Of a DNA stretch of 64,000 bases, positions 58,323 to 64,000 are shown piece by piece. The DNA is from an uncultured delta proteobacterium (GTDB lineage Bacteria > Desulfobacterota > Binatia > Binatales > Binataceae): assembly GCA_963794325.1 (NCBI GenBank), contig CAWCDG010000005.1:289514-353513 (forward strand), read 5' to 3'. Each line of letters opens with the position of its first letter. Within the stretch, counting starts at the first letter, position 1. The position numbers were made by a program, and so were the translations under genes. The notes under the pieces were generated by a model, which was not told the origin of the DNA, ran no database searches, and saw only the letters and a list, made by a program, of their open reading frames with translations.

Positions 58323-58491
58323 GTTCGTTTTTCTGCTCTCGTCGGGTTTCCAAGCTCGCCTGGATAGCCTCGAGGATGTTGGCGAGAGCTTCAGCTTCTG
58401 TTCGGCCCTGAGACAGGCAACCCGGAAGGGCCGGGCACTCCACGACGATGAAACCTGCTTCGTCGGGTTCGAGGGTTACTAGAAACTTCAT
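58300..58491 (-). CDS. HicB-like (UPF0150) antitoxin-domain protein, no HicA partner
   Basis: MKFLVTLEPDEAGFIVVECPALPGCLSQGRTEAEALANILEAI is a typical HicB N-terminal domain. The locus has lower GC. Its 3' end overlaps the purA 3' end by 23 nt (convergent). Confidence 0.7.
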   Translation of the reverse strand: MKFLVTLEPDEAGFIVVECPALPGCLSQGRTEAEALANILEAIQASLETRREQKNELSRRKDC

Positions 58492-58538
58492 GCTTTCACT
58501 CTGGCGCACGGAATCAGAGAACGAATCCTGAGTACTCC

Positions 58539-59730
58539 CTACACTGCGCACACTGCTGCCAGGCTTGAGATTGCGACGCCGCGGCGTCCCAGACGCACGT
58601 CGTTGCGATCGAATCCGTTGGTCGTGTAGCCGATCGAAATTCCTGTCGCCGGATCGGCCCATCCAATCTGCCCGCCCGCGCCGCCATGACCGAATGCCAG
58701 CGCCGAGTTGGTCTTGCCGAAGCCGCGATAGTTCGCGAGCCCGTCGCCACCGGCCACGACGACTCCCAGCGCGCGGTTGCACTTCACGCCGAAAATCGGA
58801 TCCTTGTAATCGCCGGAACGCACGCGCAACGCATCCTTGAGCGCTTCAGGCTTGATGATCGGTGCGCCGTCGATGCTTCGATTGTGCAGAAGTCCCTGGT
58901 AGAACAGCGCGAGGTCGCCCGCCGTCATCACTCCGCCGCCGCCCGGCACGCCGGCTTCCATCACATTCGGGCGGTTGAAGCCGAGGATCGCATCTTCGGT
59001 AACTTCGGTCACAGGCATCGGAGGCAGTCCGAGTTTCTTCCGCTCCTCATCGGATAGCGCCTCGCCGACGTAGCAAAGTTGCGCGACGCGATTTTGATAT
59101 TCGCGCGGCAAGCCGACCCGCAGTTCCGGCAGTCCGAGCGGCGTGGAAATCCGTTCATGCACGAATTGACGAAAATCCTTGCCGGTGCGCCGCTCGATTA
59201 TTTCCGCGATCACCCAGAAGCCTGAGGTCGGGTGATATTCGAACTTGCTGCCCACCGGCCATTCGAGCCGCCATTTCGCGAATCGCTCGAGGCGCTTGCT
59301 CTTGTCGATCCAATCATCCTGCGGATATGGCGCGTTGGGAAATCCGCCGACGTGCAGCAGGACCTGCTCGACAGTCATCTTGTCCTTTCCGTTAGTGCCG
59401 AACTCGGGGATGATCTCCGCGACGACCTCGCTGGTTTTGAGCTTGCCTTCGCCGATCAGAATCCACGATGCCGCCGACATGATCGCCTTGGTGCACGAGA
59501 AGATCACGTAGAGCGTTTCGTTGGTGGCGGCTTTTTCAGTGCCACCCTGGACTGCGCGGCCGACCGTGCGCATCGCACCGATCTTTCCGTTGCGTGCAAT
59601 CGCGATCTGCGTCGATGGCAGCAAGCCCGTCTTTGACTTCGCGCTCCGCTCGACTGAAAAGCGCTTCTACCTTTGCGGGATCGAGACCTACATCGCGTGG
59701 GCTATCTGCAAAATGAGTTTGCGCGGGCAT
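58539..59730 (-). pseudogene. Serine hydrolase (beta-lactamase / class C esterase family), frame break near 59620
   Basis: The N-terminal piece MPAQTHFADSPRDVGLDPAKVEALFSRAEREVKDGL (ATG 59730, GAGAGGTG upstream) continues in another frame as LPSTQIAIARNGK...SCTK (SxxK motif). Confidence 0.7.
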
Positions 59731-59790
59731 CGCGTTACACCTCTCCGGAGAATTGTGGTCCTCGGGATATAACACAGCAGAGCGGATTCG

Positions 59791-60705
59791 TCATTCGGAC
59801 TGAGTGCGTGCCCGGCCCTGCGCCGAAATCCATCCCGCCCGGCCGGGGAGCGTGGTACGAATCACCTCGCACGCCGGCAATTCTGCGCGATTCAGCCGCG
59901 ATGCGATCTTGCGCAGTTGTACGAATGTCGCGCCCTGCTCCTTTAGCGCGCGGATCAGCGCGGTAAAGCTATCCAGCTGGCTCATCCCTTCGGTCTCGGC
60001 GTGAATCGTATGCACGTTGAGCGCGTCGGGCTTACACAAGCCCAGGTAAAACTCGCGCACCGCACTGTCATCGGACAAATCGCGGCGTCCCATCACCTCG
60101 TCGAGCGTCGGCAGCGTCGTCGGAATTTCGGGCGTCGCGAGGACTCGCCTCTCGACAATGCATCGGTACGGCGCGACACCTCGCGTGTCACTACGATAGT
60201 CCAGGCCCATCGCATCGAGAGCGAGCAGCGCCGCATTGTTGGTACGCCACCCGGGAGCGGCGAAACTCTTCGACGGTTCACCAAGGATCGCGCGGTACGC
60301 CTCGAAGGCGTCGCCGAGTTCGTTACGCACACCGGCCTCGCCGATGTCGTCGAGGTGATCCTGCCATCGCACGTGATCGTAGCCGTGCACGCCAACCTCG
60401 AAGCCGCGCGCTTTCAGATCGCGAATGATGTTGGGAAACGACAGTGCAATCGGCCGCGACGGCAGCAGCGTCCCGGACAGAATCGTACGCGTGCCGTACA
60501 TCGAAACAGCCTTGGTGCGAAACATCTTCGATAGGAATCCTCGATTTCGAAACACGCGCAGAATTGCGCGGCCGGAATTGTCAGGACCCATCGTGATATA
60601 GAAGCTCGCCGCGACGCCTTCGCGCTCGAGCATCGAGGCCAGCCGCGGCACGCCCAATTCGAGCCCCTGATGGGTATCGACGTCGATCTTTAGTGCGACT
60701 TCCAC
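59791..60705 (-). CDS. arnD: 4-deoxy-4-formamido-L-arabinose-phosphoundecaprenol deformylase (polysaccharide deacetylase family)
   Basis: ALKIDVDTHQGLELGVPRLASMLEREGVAASFYITMGPDNSGR...VGVHGYDH aligns by eye with the E. coli ArnD N-terminal region. Confidence 0.8.
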   Translation of the reverse strand: MEVALKIDVDTHQGLELGVPRLASMLEREGVAASFYITMGPDNSGRAILRVFRNRGFLSKMFRTKAVSMYGTRTILSGTLLPSRPIALSFPNIIRDLKARGFEVGVHGYDHVRWQDHLDDIGEAGVRNELGDAFEAYRAILGEPSKSFAAPGWRTNNAALLALDAMGLDYRSDTRGVAPYRCIVERRVLATPEIPTTLPTLDEVMGRRDLSDDSAVREFYLGLCKPDALNVHTIHAETEGMSQLDSFTALIRALKEQGATFVQLRKIASRLNRAELPACEVIRTTLPGRAGWISAQGRARTQSE

Positions 60706-60881
60706 GCGGAGCGAATCGCAGGCAGCTAGCAGGCCGTTGATAAATCACGGCTTGCTCCCCCTCTCTTATCTCCCCCGCAAAAGAGCGGGAGAGAAGATAA
60801 AGGAAAGCAGCCAGCTTTTACGCAGGGTGTTGATATCACATTTGCGAAATGATTCATCGTCGGAGTTTTCTCAACACCCTG

Positions 60882-61847
60882 CTAGGAAGCCATCTCTTTG
60901 CGGAACCAGTCCATCGAGATTTTCACGCCGTCGCGCAGGTTTACCTTCGGCGTGACCTTCAGCAACGTACGCATCTTGGTGTTGTCGGGAACGCGGCGCG
61001 GGATGTCCTCGTAGCTATTGCCGTACACTTCTTCTTGCGTAACGAATTTGATTTTCGATTTCGTCGGCCCGAACAATTCGAGCATCAGCTTGGCGAACTC
61101 GAGCACTGTCGTCTCGACATCGACGCCGATGTTAATCGCCTCGCCGTCTGCCGCGGGATTCACTCCCGCCTGCACGGTAGCCTCGATCGCATCGGTGACG
61201 TACGTGAAGCATCGCGTCTGCAAGCCGTCGCCGACGACAGTCAGATCGGCGCCGCGCAGCAGTTGGCCCATGAAGATCGTAAACAGCCGGCCCACATCGA
61301 CCTTGTCGAGCCTCGGGCCGTACGCGTTGAAATAGCGGACGACCGTAACCGGCATCCCGAGCTTGTGATACGCGAAACAGAAATGCTCGCCTACTGCCTT
61401 CGACGTCGAGTAGCACCAGCGGTCGATGCTGGTCGCGCCAAGCACGCGATCATCGTCCTCGCGCCACGGCACTTTCGGATTGCGTCCGTACACTTCGGAG
61501 GTCGAGCTGAAGACCACGCGCTTGTTGTGCTTGTAGGCGGCCTTCAGCACGTTCTGCGTGCCGTTTACGTTTACGTTCAGCGTCTCGTAGGGATCAGCAA
61601 CGTAGTGCTCGACGCCGACGACCGCCGCGAGATGGTAAAGCAGATCGACCTTCGAGACGAGACTATCGATCAACTCGACGTTGAACACTGAATCGTGCAC
61701 GTAGTGAAACCGCGGATTGTTCAGGATATGACGAACTTTGGCGATCGAGCCGGTGTCCAGCACGAAAACCTCGTCGCCACGCGCGATGAACGCATCCGAA
61801 AGATGTGATCCGAGAAATCCGGCACCGCCGGTTATGAGAACCCGCAT
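60882..61847 (-). CDS. arnA: UDP-glucuronate decarboxylase-type SDR (stand-alone ArnA dehydrogenase domain)
   Basis: VLITGGAGFLGSHL and YSTSK (YxxxK). It lies between the formyltransferase gene and arnD. Confidence 0.75.
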   Translation of the reverse strand: MRVLITGGAGFLGSHLSDAFIARGDEVFVLDTGSIAKVRHILNNPRFHYVHDSVFNVELIDSLVSKVDLLYHLAAVVGVEHYVADPYETLNVNVNGTQNVLKAAYKHNKRVVFSSTSEVYGRNPKVPWREDDDRVLGATSIDRWCYSTSKAVGEHFCFAYHKLGMPVTVVRYFNAYGPRLDKVDVGRLFTIFMGQLLRGADLTVVGDGLQTRCFTYVTDAIEATVQAGVNPAADGEAINIGVDVETTVLEFAKLMLELFGPTKSKIKFVTQEEVYGNSYEDIPRRVPDNTKMRTLLKVTPKVNLRDGVKISMDWFRKEMAS

Positions 61848-61862
61848 GTGACCTCCGCGAAA

Positions 61863-62807
61863 CTAGTCGAATTGAATAGTATCTTTGACGCGGCTTGATT
61901 GCGAAAGAGCCTCGCGCGCAATGCTCTCGACGCCGCCCTCGAACTGCGCGACCTTCACGATGACACTGCCCTCGCCCGCCGCGACCTCAAGCGCTCCATC
62001 CGCTGTCTCGCGCATGATTTTACCCGGCTCGCCGCATGCGCCATTTTCCGCGCCAATCTTCGCTTCCCATATCAGCAACTTTCGACCGCCAACGAAACAG
62101 AACGCGCCGGGATACGGATGCGTCACCGCGCGCACGAGGTTGAAAATCCTGCGCGCCGGCCATCGCCAGTCTATCCGTCCGTCCTCCGGCTTCCTGCGCC
62201 CGAAGTAACTTCCCTTCGCGATATCCATTTTTCGCCGCGGCGCGTCGCCCGCGACGATCTTCGGATGCAGCTCGTTGATCAGTTCGACGCCCAACGGCAC
62301 CAGCTTGCGATACAACGTGAGCGCATTGTCGCCGTCATCGATCGCAACCGCTCGATTCCCGACGATATCTCCACTGTCCGCGCGCGCAACCATATGATGC
62401 AACGTCACACCGGTCTCGCGTTCCCCATTCACCAGCACCCAGTTCACCGGCGCGCGGCCTCGATAGGCCGGCAGCAGCGACGGGTGCAGATTGAAGGCTC
62501 CCAGCGAAGCCAGCTCGAGCACGCTCTCGGGAATCAGGTGACGATACGAGAAAGAATAGATCACCGCCGGCTTCAGCATGCCGATTTTCGCGGCAGCGGC
62601 CTCGACGCTCTCATCAACGTAAACCGGGACGTCGTGACCCGCGGCCAGCTCAGCACACGACCGCCACCAGATCTCTTCATGTGAATCGTCGCGATGCGTA
62701 AACAGGGCTGCAATCGGCACGCCCATCTTCAGCAACGCATCGATGCACGCGTAACCCATCTCATGGTACGCGAACAGGACACATCGAGCCGACTTCACAG
62801 ACTCCAC
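61863..62807 (-). CDS. arnA: UDP-4-amino-4-deoxy-L-arabinose formyltransferase (stand-alone ArnA formyltransferase domain)
   Basis: VLFAYHEMGYACIDALLKMGVPIAALFTH resembles the E. coli ArnA N-terminus. An Fmt-type HPSLLPAYRG motif is present. Confidence 0.78.
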   Translation of the reverse strand: MESVKSARCVLFAYHEMGYACIDALLKMGVPIAALFTHRDDSHEEIWWRSCAELAAGHDVPVYVDESVEAAAAKIGMLKPAVIYSFSYRHLIPESVLELASLGAFNLHPSLLPAYRGRAPVNWVLVNGERETGVTLHHMVARADSGDIVGNRAVAIDDGDNALTLYRKLVPLGVELINELHPKIVAGDAPRRKMDIAKGSYFGRRKPEDGRIDWRWPARRIFNLVRAVTHPYPGAFCFVGGRKLLIWEAKIGAENGACGEPGKIMRETADGALEVAAGEGSVIVKVAQFEGGVESIAREALSQSSRVKDTIQFD

Positions 62808-62816
62808 GATTGATCG

Positions 62817-63845
62817 TCAGTCGCGATGGTCGGGTTCCGACTCGTCCGGAGGGGCTTCGGCTCCATGGACCTTTCGCACGATGTAGGTAGGGCGGCGCCG
62901 CACTTCCAGGTAGATACGCCCGACGTATTCCCCGATCAGTCCGAGCGCCAGGAAAATCAAGCCGAACAGAAAGAACTCGACGGAGGATACCGTCCACAGC
63001 GCGCCTTCCTCCTGCGGCCCGTAGATCAATCGATGACCCAGCAGGACGAACGCGAAGAGCACGGCGGGCACCGAAATTAATATCCCGGTCATGCTCAGAA
63101 TCTGAATCGGAATGAGTGAGAACCCGGTGATCAGGTTGAGGCTGAGCTTCACCAGACTGAACAAGTTGTACTTCGACTGGCCACTAGCGCGATCGTCGTG
63201 GGCGACCGGGATTTCCGCAACGCGCTTGGCGAACGAGTTCGCGAGCGCGGGCACGAACGCCGCCTTCTCGTCGCACTCGACGACCGTATCGACGATGTGC
63301 CGACGATACGCGCGCAACATGCATCCATAATCATGCATCGGTACGCCGACAACCAACGACGTCACCCGGTTTTGCAGCCGTGACGCGAACTTCCGGTATG
63401 CCTGGTCATGACGCTCCTCGCGCCATCCGCCGACGACGTCGTTGCCTTCGTCGATCGCGGCGATCAGCCGCGGAATTTCCTCCGGCGGATTCTGCAAGTC
63501 CGCATCGAGGGTGACGACCACGTCGCCGCGCGATTGTCTGAAGCCGGCGAGGATCGCCGAATGCTGTCCGAAGTTGCGCGCCAGCTCCACGACTCGCACG
63601 CGACCTTCTTCACCCGCCGCTATCTCGCGCAGGATGCCGAGCGAGTCGTCGCGCGATCCGTCGTCGATAAAGACCGTTTCCCATGGACGGTCCAGGCCGT
63701 CGAGCACCGGCTTGAGGCGCGCCCAGAGCGACGGCAAATTCGCCGATTCGTTGAACACCGGAACGACGATCGACACCAAGCCTCGCTCCGCACGCGATAC
63801 TGCCGAAGTGCTTCGGATCGGTGATATTTTGCCGGGGAAACTCAA
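62817..63845 (-). CDS. arnC: Undecaprenyl-phosphate 4-deoxy-4-formamido-L-arabinose transferase (GT2)
   Basis: VSIVVPVFNESANL...FIDDGSRD...LARNFGQHSAILAGF...TLDADLQNPPEEI and two C-terminal TM helices, the typical ArnC layout. The exact start is uncertain (TTG at 63845). Confidence 0.85.
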   Translation of the reverse strand: MSFPGKISPIRSTSAVSRAERGLVSIVVPVFNESANLPSLWARLKPVLDGLDRPWETVFIDDGSRDDSLGILREIAAGEEGRVRVVELARNFGQHSAILAGFRQSRGDVVVTLDADLQNPPEEIPRLIAAIDEGNDVVGGWREERHDQAYRKFASRLQNRVTSLVVGVPMHDYGCMLRAYRRHIVDTVVECDEKAAFVPALANSFAKRVAEIPVAHDDRASGQSKYNLFSLVKLSLNLITGFSLIPIQILSMTGILISVPAVLFAFVLLGHRLIYGPQEEGALWTVSSVEFFLFGLIFLALGLIGEYVGRIYLEVRRRPTYIVRKVHGAEAPPDESEPDHRD

Positions 63846-64000
63846 GGAACGTGCGCGACCTGACCGTGATCATTCGACGTGAAACCGCCGTCGCGTGAGG
63901 TGATTCTTGCAGACGGCGTGGCGAAATTAAAGATAGCCCAGTTGACCGCGCATGATCTCCTCGCGAGACTGCATCGACCATGCTCGATCGCAACCTCCGA

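Noticed and set aside
63846-64000. The end of the gene upstream of arnC could be a partial arnB.
   Set aside because: Two minus-strand frames are open. One ends at 63927 and one ends in a TTGA overlap with the arnC start. Neither short fragment shows a motif I can recognise, so no call is made.

Overview
The window is a high-GC chromosomal segment, roughly 60-67% GC in the lines I counted. It probably comes from an uncultivated diderm bacterium, judging by an Ara4N lipid A modification cluster, MsbA-like exporters and lipobox lipoproteins. It is mostly housekeeping: gcvT-gcvPA-gcvPB, mutS, a tightly coupled amidase-glnD-xerD-S2P-scpA-scpB array, dnaB, leuS, an aminotransferase-serA operon and purA. 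Around these sit ordinary metabolic genes (ALDH, SDR, acyl-CoA dehydrogenase, CoA-transferase, crotonase, nitroreductase, VOC, dienelactone hydrolase), an ApbC-GT2-ABC exporter block and arnC-arnA(FT)-arnA(DH)-arnD. I found no rRNA, tRNA, CRISPR array, transposase or phage integrase. I do not see a complete, convincing novel multi-gene system. The stretches that the gene list does not explain are listed here:

1. A low-GC island next to dnaB carries an intact TIM-barrel gene and a decayed Pol-beta-type nucleotidyltransferase.
2. A 2.7-kb TetR plus polytopic membrane protein module is bracketed by near-identical 69-bp direct repeats.
3. Three families of structured intergenic repeats are present, one with a telomere-like GGGGTTAGGGGTTAGG motif.
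4. A stem-loop plus T8 element sits in the leader of the aminotransferase-serA operon.
5. Several reading-frame breaks are present, one in essential leuS. These may be assembly indels and limit any pseudogene claim.
6. TA-type loci are scattered through the window: BrnT/BrnA, an orphan HicB and an orphan XRE.
7. A small collagen-like secreted protein lies in a lower-GC patch.

All family assignments come from motif recognition by eye, not from searches.
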